This document shows positions 19,126 through 27,902 of a stretch of DNA of 64,000 nucleotides, piece after piece (the first letter of the stretch is position 1; each line of letters starts with the position of its first letter). Origin of the DNA: an uncultured virus (IMG/VR IMGVR_UViG_2894484731_000002) (Duplodnaviria; Heunggongvirae; Uroviricota; Caudoviricetes); IMG/VR virus record IMGVR_UViG_2894484731_000002, one strand, 5' to 3'. The position numbers were made by a program, and so were the translations under genes. The notes under the pieces were generated by a model, which was not told the origin of the DNA, made no database searches, and saw only the letters and a list, made by a program, of their open reading frames with translations.

Positions 19126-20639
19126 CAGGCGGGTTCCCCTTCCGTGACGGCCGGCTGCTGCTGGGTGGAGGCTCCGCGGCCTTTGCGTTTCTTCCGCCGC
19201 TGCCCCGTCGCGGTGGGTTGGGGGAGGCGGGGGCCGTCCCAGCCGGGGCGGCAGACCCAGGCCTGTTCGGCGTGCCAGCGGCGCATCACCTCGGGCAGGG
19301 TGTCGGTGCGGAACTCGCCCTGGTACAGCAGCTGGAACCCGCCGCCGGGGCGGGGCTCGCGCTTGGCGAGCTTCATCACCCCGCGGTCGGTCTTCCCCTC
19401 GTGGTTGATGGTGGGGGACGCGGTGGAGATGCCGACGATCTCCGCCTGCTGCAGTCGCGGGTTGTTGGCCAGCACCCACCGCTTGAAGTCCCCGCTGGTG
19501 AGCGCGAGCATGAACAGTTTGCCGAGGCGGGCGTACCTGGCGGAGGTGACGGTGATGCCGAACACCTCGCCGACCCAGCCGGAGTTGCCGAGCCGGATGT
19601 CCCTGGTGTGCAGGCCGAACGCCGTGGTGACCCGGCCGTCGATCAGCATGAGGCAGTACCGTTCCGCCTTGGTCAGGCCGAGCCGGTGCACGAACAGGTC
19701 CCGGTAGTGGAGGCAGGTGTCTTTGTCGACCTGCTCGAAGCTGATCACGGACTCTGGGGTGATGTCCTGGTCGGCGTAGACGGGCCACTGGCGGGGCGGC
19801 CCGCCGAGGCCCTTGCGGACGACCAGGCGGTCCCCGGGGTCGCGGTTGCCGATGATGTAGTCGACCCGGTCGGGGCCTGCGGCGAACGCGCCGAGCTTCA
19901 CCCAGTCCGGCGGGGCCTGGTCGTCGCCGTGGTGGACGTAGGCGGCGGCGAACACCGGGGACTCGGTGAAGGAGTCGAGCCACATGCGGGCGTCGGCCGG
20001 GTCGAACTCTTCCGCGATCAGCCGGCAGGCCCAGATGCGCGTTTCAGCCGCGCCGTACTGCTTGGAGTACCCACCCTTGTACCCGGGGAGATTTGCGTAG
20101 AAAAAGGTGTTTTGCGGGTCGGGGGCGGCCAGGGCGTCGTTGATCACGTCGCGGACGTCGGCGACGTCGTACCGGCAGCCCCGCATCAGGTCGACCTGCT
20201 GGCGCAGCCCGTCGGCGAGCTTGTCCCGGATCGCGGCGGCGTTGCGCCACATCTCGGTGCGCAGCTCCTGGGCGTGGGTGTTCTTCGGCGGCGTCGACAG
20301 GAACTTCACCGTCAGCAGGACCCCGGCGGCGTGCTCGTGCTCGTCGCGGGCCCCGGCGGTGAAGCGGGCCAGGTCGCCGGGGATGCGGACCTCCAGCTCC
20401 TCCAGGGTGTGGCGGGGGTCGGCGAGGTAGCCGACGATGGAGGAGAACAGGCACAGGTCGGACGCCTCGACCCGCTCCGGGTGGCCGTGCTTGGCGACGA
20501 TCGCCGTGGCCGTCGACCAGCGGCCGACGCACGGCAGCACCCACCGGTGGTGGCGGGCGGGGTCGACCAGGGTGGCGACGAACTCGCGGGCCGGGGAGAT
20601 GTCCAGCCCGGCGAACAGGAGGGTTGCGGGGCCGGCCAA
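19125..20639 (-). CDS. putative antirestriction adenine methyltransferase-like domain fused to a GNAT (Mom-like) domain
   Basis: TTG start after GAGGAGG SD; degenerate motif I (VLPCVGRWS, EASD); motif IV variant FYANLPGYKGGY; C-terminal ~170 aa (HYRDLFVH...LIDG...RYARLGKLF...RGVMKL...LLY) read as GNAT-like by eye. Confidence 0.65.
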   Translation of the reverse strand: MAGPATLLFAGLDISPAREFVATLVDPARHHRWVLPCVGRWSTATAIVAKHGHPERVEASDLCLFSSIVGYLADPRHTLEELEVRIPGDLARFTAGARDEHEHAAGVLLTVKFLSTPPKNTHAQELRTEMWRNAAAIRDKLADGLRQQVDLMRGCRYDVADVRDVINDALAAPDPQNTFFYANLPGYKGGYSKQYGAAETRIWACRLIAEEFDPADARMWLDSFTESPVFAAAYVHHGDDQAPPDWVKLGAFAAGPDRVDYIIGNRDPGDRLVVRKGLGGPPRQWPVYADQDITPESVISFEQVDKDTCLHYRDLFVHRLGLTKAERYCLMLIDGRVTTAFGLHTRDIRLGNSGWVGEVFGITVTSARYARLGKLFMLALTSGDFKRWVLANNPRLQQAEIVGISTASPTINHEGKTDRGVMKLAKREPRPGGGFQLLYQGEFRTDTLPEVMRRWHAEQAWVCRPGWDGPRLPQPTATGQRRKKRKGRGASTQQQPAVTEGEPA

Positions 20640-20681
20640 CGGGACCTCCTCGGGGGTGGTGCTGCTGGCTCCCGGCGGGGG

Positions 20682-20754
20682 TGGTCCGGCGGGCAGGTAG
20701 TGAGCCTGCACCTCCCAGCGGAAAAGCTGGGTGAGCTACTTGCTCCACCGCCGG
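20682..20754 (-). ncRNA. non-canonical tRNA-like RNA (73 nt, encoded CCA)
   Basis: Minus strand folds as CCGGCGG UG GAGC-AAGUA-GCUC A CCCAG-CUUUUCCG-CUGGG AGGU GCAGG-CUCACUA-CCUGC CCGCCGG A CCA; all four stems are fully Watson-Crick. Confidence 0.85.
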
Positions 20755-20920
20755 TCGCTTTCGGGCAGGTCACACCATAGATCCCGGCGCCGCCTATGCG
20801 GGGGCGGTGCAACGTCCGGGCGGTCGATCATGGGGAAGTCTTGACCTTCGCCAGTGCCCGGGTGGGGCGGTCACCGCCCGCACGGGGTGCGGGGGTGGCC
20901 GCCCCTGCCCGGCCTGTGGG

Positions 20921-21367
20921 TCAGAACAGGCGCGGCTCGGGGGCGGGGGAGACCTCCGGCACGTCCCAGCCGAGCCGGTCGGCGAACCAGTTCGCCGCCC
21001 ACGTGCGGTGGCACGCGTCCCCGGCGTGGACGTCCTCATAACAGAGCAGGACCAGGGTGCGGCCGGGGTGGGCGTCGGCCAGGGCGCCGAGCGCGGCCAG
21101 GACCTCCTCCCGTTTGGAGTCCAGGCGGCGGTAGAACGCCGCCTCCTTGACGTCCATCGGCTTGCCCTCGAACTCCGGGGCGTTGAAGATCCCGAACGGG
21201 GCGAGGGCGGCGACGAACTCGTATGGGTGGCGGAAGAACCGGGGGCGGCCGACGGTGATGCGGACGGCCACCCCCATGTCCCGGGTGTACGTCTTGAAGC
21301 TGCACGTCGCCAACGGCGGCTGCCCCGCCGGTGCGTCCGGCGGGGCCTCGGGCGGGTGTTCGGTCAT
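20921..21367 (-). CDS. DUF488-like protein
   Basis: VRITVGRP...LAP...LVLLCYE...CHR...A.W pattern. Confidence 0.65.
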   Translation of the reverse strand: MTEHPPEAPPDAPAGQPPLATCSFKTYTRDMGVAVRITVGRPRFFRHPYEFVAALAPFGIFNAPEFEGKPMDVKEAAFYRRLDSKREEVLAALGALADAHPGRTLVLLCYEDVHAGDACHRTWAANWFADRLGWDVPEVSPAPEPRLF

Positions 21368-21440
21368 CGCGGGTTGTTGTCCTTTCGTGTGCGGGTGGTC
21401 CGCGGCCCGGGGCGGGTGTCCGCCCCGGGCGCGCGGCGGG

Positions 21441-21995
21441 TCAGATGAGGCCGCCCTGCACGGCGTACCAGCGGCCGAGCTCCCACGTGTACTGGTCGTG
21501 CTGGCCGTTGTCGACGACCTCGGCCTCGGGGGAGTAACCGCCGTCGGTGCGGACGGCGTACGCGGCGCAGGACACCGTGCTGGTCCCGCGGATCTCGGCC
21601 TGCGCGGGCGCCATCACGTACCCCACGTAGTAGCCCTTGCGGGCGTCGTTGGCGCGGGCGCGCTTGGCGTCCTGCGCCTTCGACGGGGTGAACCAGGTGC
21701 CGGTGATGCGGCCGCGCTCGTCGAGCAGGGCGAAGTACACGCCCCACTGGCCGGACATGAGCTTGGCCGGGACCAGCCGGCCGGCCGTGTCGAACAGGGC
21801 GGGGAACAGGGCCTTGCCGCCCGCCTCCTCGATGGACGCCTGCAGGCGCAGCTCCTGGGCGACGACGCCGTGCGCCCACTGGGAGACGAACCCGTCGGTG
21901 TCGCAGTCCTCGTACGACCTCTGGGCCTTGGCGTCCTCGGCGGCGGCCTGGGCGCGCAGCTCCTCGGCGGTCGTCGCGGTGGCGGTGGCGGTCAT
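21441..21995 (-). CDS. hypothetical protein
   Basis: ATG with GAAGGG SD, below a repeated promoter box; contains SYEDCDTDGFVSQWA. Confidence 0.75.
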   Translation of the reverse strand: MTATATATTAEELRAQAAAEDAKAQRSYEDCDTDGFVSQWAHGVVAQELRLQASIEEAGGKALFPALFDTAGRLVPAKLMSGQWGVYFALLDERGRITGTWFTPSKAQDAKRARANDARKGYYVGYVMAPAQAEIRGTSTVSCAAYAVRTDGGYSPEAEVVDNGQHDQYTWELGRWYAVQGGLI

Positions 21996-22020
21996 GTCGG
22001 CGTCCCTTCATCGTTCCCTT

Positions 22021-22054
22021 ATATCTTTATAATAGCCTGCACTTATCTAGATAC
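22021..22054 (-). promoter_or_regulatory. ATATC-N24-GATAT box, copy 1
   Basis: ATATC tttataatagcctgcacttatcta GATAC. Confidence 0.75.
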
Positions 22055-22139
22055 AAGAGGACTGGCGGAAGTTTCCGCAGCTCAGCGGGTGTGGGGGCGG
22101 CGCGTACCCCCGGCCCAGCGGGCAGGGACGGCGGGCCGG

Positions 22140-22412
22140 CTACTCGCGCCGGGTGTCCCATACCACGGTGACCCGCCACCGCCCCGGCTGCAGCGGGTTG
22201 GGGTCGGCGGTGACCTCGGCGTGCCGCAGGTCGTCCTGGTAGTCGTGGTGGATCCACGCCAGGACCCGCTGCTCGGCCTCCACGCCGCTGCCGGCGTCGA
22301 CCGTGTAGAACGACCGGTGAGTGCCGTAGTCGTCGCCCTCCTCGCCCAGCTTCTCGGCGTGCCACCGGTTGACCGGCACCTCCGGGAGCAGGGAAGCGAA
22401 GCTCGTCGCCAT
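22140..22412 (-). CDS. hypothetical protein
   Basis: ATG with AGAAAGG SD. Confidence 0.65.
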   Translation of the reverse strand: MATSFASLLPEVPVNRWHAEKLGEEGDDYGTHRSFYTVDAGSGVEAEQRVLAWIHHDYQDDLRHAEVTADPNPLQPGRWRVTVVWDTRRE

Positions 22413-22490
22413 GTCGGCTCGGTTCCTTTCTGTCGGGTTACAGGGGATGTGGTGGGCGGCCGCCCCCGCTCGGGGGCGGCCGCCGCGCCG

Positions 22491-23588
22491 TCACCAGGTG
22501 GAGACCAGCAGGGTCGACACCTGGGCGTGGACGACCTTGAGGGCGTCCTGCGTCTCGCCGAGGCTGGTGGCCAGCATCCGCTCGTGCTCGTCGGCCTGCT
22601 TCTGCAGCTCCTGGAACCGCTTCACCAGGCCCTGCATGTGCGCCTCGGTCGCGCCGTCGCGGTTGGCGGTGGCGATGTCGGCGGCCAGCTTCTGCAGGTC
22701 CTCCTTGGCCTTGGTGGTGATGGCCCGCACCACCATGTCGCGCTGCTCGGCGGTGTCGGGCAGCGGCACCCGCACCAGCTCGCTGTCCCCGCCGAGCCGG
22801 TCGACCAGGCCCTTGAGGGCGTCAATGGCCCCGTCGTGGTAGCGGTGCACGAAGTACACCCCGCCCGACGGGCGGACCTTGACGGCGCTCAGGCCCTCCA
22901 CGTAGGTGCGGACCACCGCGCGCAGCCGGTCGGTGGTGTAGTAGCGGCAGGCCTGCGCGTACGTCTCGCGCACCTCGTCGAGGACGGCGCGGACCTTGGC
23001 CTGCTCGCTTTCGCACAGCAGGGCGATCGCCGTCTCGTTCGGCTCGATGTTGAGGACCCCGGCGCCGGGCACCCCGGTCTGGGCGGGGTCGCGCCAGAAC
23101 TCGATCGTGGCGAGGCGCGGGTCGTACTCGAGCTCCGAGGCGTTTTCGTCGCGGACCTCGCGGACCAGGTTGCGGACCAGCTTGTTGTCCTCGCGGGACA
23201 CGTGCCGGATCATCAGCGTGACGCCGAGGGTGCGGCTGTCGTCGTCGCGGCGGTTGCGGCGGCGGGTCGTGGTCACGGGGGCCTCGCCGTGGGCGTGGGC
23301 CAGGCGGTAGGAGGCGTGGACGCCGCGCGGGCCGGTGATCTGCTCGAACGCGTCGATCTGGCGGATCGCGGGGGGCAGGAACGTCTCGTCGAGGCCGAGC
23401 TGCCGGAACCACAGCTCCAGCTGGTCGCGGCTGACGGGGGCCTGTGGCTCGAACACCGAGTACCACAGGATGTGGCCGAGGTGCGGGGCGTCGGCCATGG
23501 CGGCGGTGAAGGCGTTGAGCCCGGCCAGGGTCTCGACGGTGCCGCCCTGCTCGGCGGGGGTGGTCGCGGCGGGGGTGGGGGTGTTCAT
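22491..23588 (-). CDS. DUF6744-like protein
   Basis: LGHILWYSV...VSRDQLELWFRQLGL...VRPSGGVYFV; coiled-coil C-terminus; next to the AAA/vWA pair. Confidence 0.6.
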   Translation of the reverse strand: MNTPTPAATTPAEQGGTVETLAGLNAFTAAMADAPHLGHILWYSVFEPQAPVSRDQLELWFRQLGLDETFLPPAIRQIDAFEQITGPRGVHASYRLAHAHGEAPVTTTRRRNRRDDDSRTLGVTLMIRHVSREDNKLVRNLVREVRDENASELEYDPRLATIEFWRDPAQTGVPGAGVLNIEPNETAIALLCESEQAKVRAVLDEVRETYAQACRYYTTDRLRAVVRTYVEGLSAVKVRPSGGVYFVHRYHDGAIDALKGLVDRLGGDSELVRVPLPDTAEQRDMVVRAITTKAKEDLQKLAADIATANRDGATEAHMQGLVKRFQELQKQADEHERMLATSLGETQDALKVVHAQVSTLLVSTW

Positions 23589-23618
23589 CGGGGCCGTCCT
23601 TTCATCACATCAGCACTT

Positions 23619-23652
23619 ATATCTAAACCATAGCATCCTCTGCGCATGATGT
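23619..23652 (-). promoter_or_regulatory. ATATC-N24-GATAT box, copy 2
   Basis: ATATC taaaccatagcatcctctgcgcat GATGT. Confidence 0.7.
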
Positions 23653-23689
23653 GCAGGGGTTTTGGTGTTCTGACCTGCGGAAATGCCGC

Positions 23690-23965
23690 TCACAGTTCGA
23701 CGATGCCGGGGACGGAGAGCACGGCCCGGCCGGTCGCGTCGGCCTGCTCCCTGGTGGCGAGCAGCTGGTGCAGCGGCACGCCGAGCACGGCCCGCAGGTC
23801 GCCGGCCACGCACCCGCAGACCGCCCACGACTGGTGCAGGTGGCCGCCGTCGGGCTGCAGTTCGGTGACCGACAGCACCGCCTCCGAGCAGCCGGCGTGC
23901 TCGCCGTCGCGCGGGGCGGGGTCAGGGGCCGAGGTCGTCACGGGGCACCTCCGCGGGGCCGTCAA
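23690..23965 (-). CDS. small hypothetical protein
   Basis: ORF with H.GC and CGC; start uncertain. Confidence 0.45.
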   Translation of the reverse strand: MTAPRRCPVTTSAPDPAPRDGEHAGCSEAVLSVTELQPDGGHLHQSWAVCGCVAGDLRAVLGVPLHQLLATREQADATGRAVLSVPGIVEL

Positions 23966-24004
23966 GGGGGGCGGGGGCGGGCGGTGCGCCCGCCCCCGGG
24001 CCGG

Positions 24005-25615
24005 TCAGATCAGGCGGAACAGGTCGCGCGGGGTGTCCAGGTCGGCCAGGCGGGCGACGTGCCGCAGGTTGTCGCACAGGTCGGCCAGGACCTGGCCGGG
24101 GGTGTGCTGCACCGCCACCCCGAACACCCGGAAGCCGAGGGCGGCCTTGCGCTGCTGCCAGCCCTCCAGCCACTCGGCGGGCACCCGGGTCTCCCCGTCG
24201 GTGATGAGCACGATGTCGCCGTTGCGGACCGCCTCCCCGTTGGCGGGCTCGGCCAGGATGTCGGCGGCGGTGTCGAGCGGCTGGGGGAAGCTGGTGCCGC
24301 CCCGCAGGAACGTCTCCCCGAACTCCAGGACGTCGGCGATGGGGCCGCGCCCCTTCGGGAAGTGGAACACCCGCTGGCTGCCAGGGCCGGAGAACAGGAT
24401 GCCGACGAAGTCGCGGCCCTCGCTGCGGGCCTGGTCCAGCAGGGACAGGGCGGCGGCCTTCGCCCACGCCTCCCGGGTGATGCCGCCCTCCTCGTGGTCC
24501 ATGCTGGTGGAGGTGTCGACCAGCGCGATGATCGCGCCCTTCCCGGCGGGGGCGTCGCCGCGCGTCTCGTACGTCAGCAGGCGGCCCTCGGCGAGGCGCA
24601 CCGCGAAGTCGGCGCGCAGCGCGGGCACCGCCAGGTTCGCCAGCTCCGAGGGGACCAGCTTGGACGGGTCGGAGCCGAGGGCGACGCCGACCAGCTCCCC
24701 GGCGGCGTTGTTCACCCGGTGGGCGCGCTCACCGGCCGCCATCTGCCGGAACCTGCCGATGAGGTGCGCGAACCGGGACAGGCGGTGCCCGCGCAGCGCC
24801 TGCGCCAGCTGGGCCCGCTCGTCGAAGCTCATGCGCTGCAGCTCGCCCGGCTCCAGCCCCCACCCGGCGGCGAGGGCGGCGTCCTGCCCGGCCTGCTCCG
24901 ACGCCTGCTGGGCGGCGGCGCGGGCAGCCGCCCGCACCCCCGGCGCGGCCTGGTCGAGGGCTTTCGCCGCCTGCTGCGCGGCCTGCTGGGCGGCGGCGTC
25001 GGCCTGCTGGGCGGCGGCGACGGCGGCCTCCACCGCGTCGGCGGCGTCCTGCGTCGTCGCCTCCCCGTCCCCGGCCTGCTCGGCGGCGTGCATGGCGTCG
25101 GCGATGTCGGCGGCAGCCTGCGCCGCCTGCTCGGCGGCGTCCTGCGCGGCGCGGGCCGCCTCAGCGGCTTCCTTGGAACGCTCCAGTATGGTGCGCAGCG
25201 CGTCGCCCTGCGCCAGCACCGCCATCGCCGAGGCGTACGCGTCGCCCACGGTGTGGCGGCGCAGCTCCGCGAAGTCGGGGGCGTCCAGCAGGGACGCCAC
25301 GACCTGCCGGTTGACGTGGCGGGACGGGTGGACCTGGTCGGCGGGCAGCACCTCGGGGAACGCCCGGAAAGCCGCCGTCCACGCGTCGCGCACCAGGTCC
25401 TCGGTGTAGTCGTGCTCGGTGTTCAGGTCCTCGGCGAGGGCCCGCAGCGCGGCCGCCTGCCCCCAGGTGTCGCGCCAGGTCATGTCGTCGAACCGGTCGC
25501 AGGTCACGACCCGCACACCCGGGGCAGCGGCGGGGGCGGGGGTGGCCGCCGCCAGGCCCAGCCAGCGGCCGGCTGTAGCGGCGAGGTCCTTGAGCTTGGC
25601 GGTCAGTCGCATCAC
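24005..25615 (-). CDS. vWA domain protein (ViaA-like partner of the AAA ATPase)
   Basis: MIDAS DTSTSM, GGTSF and VLITDGE motifs. Confidence 0.88.
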   Translation of the reverse strand: MMRLTAKLKDLAATAGRWLGLAAATPAPAAAPGVRVVTCDRFDDMTWRDTWGQAAALRALAEDLNTEHDYTEDLVRDAWTAAFRAFPEVLPADQVHPSRHVNRQVVASLLDAPDFAELRRHTVGDAYASAMAVLAQGDALRTILERSKEAAEAARAAQDAAEQAAQAAADIADAMHAAEQAGDGEATTQDAADAVEAAVAAAQQADAAAQQAAQQAAKALDQAAPGVRAAARAAAQQASEQAGQDAALAAGWGLEPGELQRMSFDERAQLAQALRGHRLSRFAHLIGRFRQMAAGERAHRVNNAAGELVGVALGSDPSKLVPSELANLAVPALRADFAVRLAEGRLLTYETRGDAPAGKGAIIALVDTSTSMDHEEGGITREAWAKAAALSLLDQARSEGRDFVGILFSGPGSQRVFHFPKGRGPIADVLEFGETFLRGGTSFPQPLDTAADILAEPANGEAVRNGDIVLITDGETRVPAEWLEGWQQRKAALGFRVFGVAVQHTPGQVLADLCDNLRHVARLADLDTPRDLFRLI

Positions 25616-25648
25616 GCGTCTCCAATCATCTCGGGAAGGGGAAGGGGG

Positions 25649-26887
25649 TTAGAGCTGGCTGACGGTGGCGCGGGCCACGGCGGCGGGCATCTGCAGCGCC
25701 TCCGTCATGATCTTCACGAAGACGCCGGTGTGCCGCTGCATGACCTCCTCCAGGGTGGCGGTGGACCGGCCCGCCTTCGCGGAGTCGGCGTGCAGCTCCT
25801 GCAGCTTCTTCCCGGCCGCCTTGAGCTTTGGCATGGCCTCCTGCATCGCCCAGGTGCTGATCTCGTTGGTGGACTTGCCCTGCAGGGCGTCCAGCTGGGC
25901 GTTCAGCTCCTCCACGGCGTCCCGCAGCTCCAGCGCCTCCCGGGCCGACGGGTTGACCAGGTTCAGCACCTCCTTCTCCACGGTGGGCCGCGTCGCCGGG
26001 CTGTCCCACAGGGCGTGCGCGAGGACCGCCAGGTCGTTCGTAGCGACCTCGGCGCGGCCGTCCAGCCAGGCGTGGGCCTGCAGCAGCCGGACGATCTGCC
26101 GCCACCGCCGGTCCGACGGCACCAGGCCCTCGTGGCGGAGCGCCGCCCGCAGCGTGACCACCGCGTCGATGATCTGGTCGGGGACGCCGACCGCGGGGAC
26201 GTGCACGCCGACGGCCGCCTGCAGGTCCGTCAGCAGGACCCTGGTGCGGGACGCGGCCGGGGCCGAGCTGGTCCGCAGCAGGTCCGCGAACCTGGTGGCG
26301 TCCTGGATGTAGTCGACCTCGACCCGGACCAGCAGCCGGTCATAGATCGCGGCGGACTCCGTCGCCGTCGGCAGCTCGTTGCTGGCCGTCACCGCGCTGA
26401 TCAGCGGGCAGGGGATGGGGGCGCCGCCCGCCTCCGGGTGGTACACCCTCTCGTTGAGGAACGCCAGGAGGGCATTCAGGGACGCGGGGGAGCACTTGAA
26501 GATCTCGTCGATGAACGCGATGTGCCCCGTCGTGGCCCGGCCGTCCCACACCTGCTCGTAGCGGCCCTGCATGAGGGCGGCCACGTCGATCGGGCCGAAC
26601 ATCGCCGTCGGCGCGGTGTAGGCGTTCAGCTGGATCTCCCACAGGCGGGCGTCCTGGATGCGGTCCGTCAGGTCGCGGGCCAGCTCCGACTTGGCGGTGC
26701 CGGGCGGGCCGATCAGCAGGGAGTGCTGCTGGGCCAGCATCGCGGCGACGATCGCCCGGATGGCGCTGGACCGCTCGTGGTACGTCGCGTCGAGCTCGGC
26801 GACGATCTGCCGCAGGCGGGCCGAGGTGACCGAGCCGTCGCCCGGGTCGGCGGGGGCGGCGGCGGGGTGGGCGGCGGTCGTGGTCAT
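25649..26887 (-). CDS. MoxR/RavA-like AAA+ ATPase
   Basis: Walker A GPPGTAKS, Walker B FIDEIFK, ASNELP, AIYDR, SDRRW. Confidence 0.92.
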   Translation of the reverse strand: MTTTAAHPAAAPADPGDGSVTSARLRQIVAELDATYHERSSAIRAIVAAMLAQQHSLLIGPPGTAKSELARDLTDRIQDARLWEIQLNAYTAPTAMFGPIDVAALMQGRYEQVWDGRATTGHIAFIDEIFKCSPASLNALLAFLNERVYHPEAGGAPIPCPLISAVTASNELPTATESAAIYDRLLVRVEVDYIQDATRFADLLRTSSAPAASRTRVLLTDLQAAVGVHVPAVGVPDQIIDAVVTLRAALRHEGLVPSDRRWRQIVRLLQAHAWLDGRAEVATNDLAVLAHALWDSPATRPTVEKEVLNLVNPSAREALELRDAVEELNAQLDALQGKSTNEISTWAMQEAMPKLKAAGKKLQELHADSAKAGRSTATLEEVMQRHTGVFVKIMTEALQMPAAVARATVSQL

Positions 26888-26926
26888 CGGTACTCCTGTC
26901 AGTCGGGGGATCACCAGATCCAACTT

Positions 26927-26960
26927 ATATCTTAAGAATAGTCTGCACTGCTACTGATAT
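26927..26960 (-). promoter_or_regulatory. ATATC-N24-GATAT box, copy 3
   Basis: ATATC ttaagaatagtctgcactgctact GATAT. Confidence 0.75.
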
Positions 26961-27492
26961 CAAGCGGTTTCGCGGGGACTGCCCAGGGTTTTTCCGCACC
27001 CGGCGCGGGCTGTAGAGCTGGGGCGTTGCGGCGGCCGGCCGGACAGGCCCCGGGGATTTCCCCAGGTCAAAACCCCTCGCGGGGGTGGCGGGGCGTCGGG
27101 AAAAGCGGGGCATCTCACCGCAGCCCTACGAATCCCCAGCGTTCCCACCCAATTCGTGACGCGCGGTGGGGAAACCTGTGGCACACTCTTAGGTGCTGCA
27201 CACCACCCCACGAGCGGCCCATAGGAGCTCGCGGGACGCAGCGCGAAGGGAAACACCACACCGCCACTAGTTCCCTAACCTGGTGGCGCCCCTGGCCGGC
27301 TGTAACCGGCTCGGGTTCGGGTCTCTTTCCTGGGAGACCCTGGATTGGCTGTTGTCAGCCCCTTAGCCAAGGGCTGGCGGCATGACGCGTTGGGCGCGGC
27401 CGACGGGCAGCATCCGACGTGACAACTGAATATTCCGCTGCGTTCATGCGCTGCGCCTACATGCGGGTTACAGGAGACCCGGTTCCTCGTAG

Positions 27493-27810
27493 GTGCGACG
27501 TGTGGGCGCTTTTTTATTTCCCGGGAAGGAGAATGCGCCTTTGTCCAGTGAAGAGCCCCAACCAGATGGGGCGGAGGAAACCAGCGACATCCTCGGGGTG
27601 GAGGTGGTGAGGCAGGGCGGCCGGACGGTCCGGGACGCGATCAGTGACTGGTCCAAGGCCGCCCGGCTGGGCGTGTTGCTCCTGTTCGCAGCAGGAGCGA
27701 TCGCCGTCTACCACTGGGCGACGTCCTCTTCGCAGGAGGAGCCGCCCCAGTGCCGCATCGACATCGTCCTCCCCGCACCCGCCAAGGCTGGAGGTGAACT
27801 GCACATCTAG
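27493..27810 (+). CDS. small membrane protein
   Basis: One TM segment (LGVLLLFAAGAIAVY); the true start may be TTG at 27541 after GAAGGAG. Confidence 0.5.
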   Translation: MRRVGAFLFPGKENAPLSSEEPQPDGAEETSDILGVEVVRQGGRTVRDAISDWSKAARLGVLLLFAAGAIAVYHWATSSSQEEPPQCRIDIVLPAPAKAGGELHI

Positions 27811-27902
27811 CGGACTGAACTCCCAAACTGTACGCCTTTTCCCCGTAGTTCGGCCCCGGCTTTCATCGGAAGCCGGGGCCGCCATGCGTGAACGGCGGCG
27901 GT

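Noticed and set aside
20640..20711. ORF-track start of the MTase at 20711 (MQAHYLPAGPPP...)
   Set aside because: This GTG lies inside the tRNA-like element and yields a low-complexity leader; TTG at 20639 has a well-spaced GAGGAGG SD.
20682..20754. Canonical translational tRNA (Lys or Gly) or an integration att remnant
   Set aside because: It lacks the D-loop GG and T-loop TTC and has an 8-nt anticodon loop; it is full length rather than a 3' fragment and is not next to the integrase.
21147..26935. Very long plus-strand ORFs (21147-23633, 23651-26935; also 39260-41803 and 60984-63473)
   Set aside because: Antisense shadows of GC3-rich minus-strand genes that carry clear motifs.
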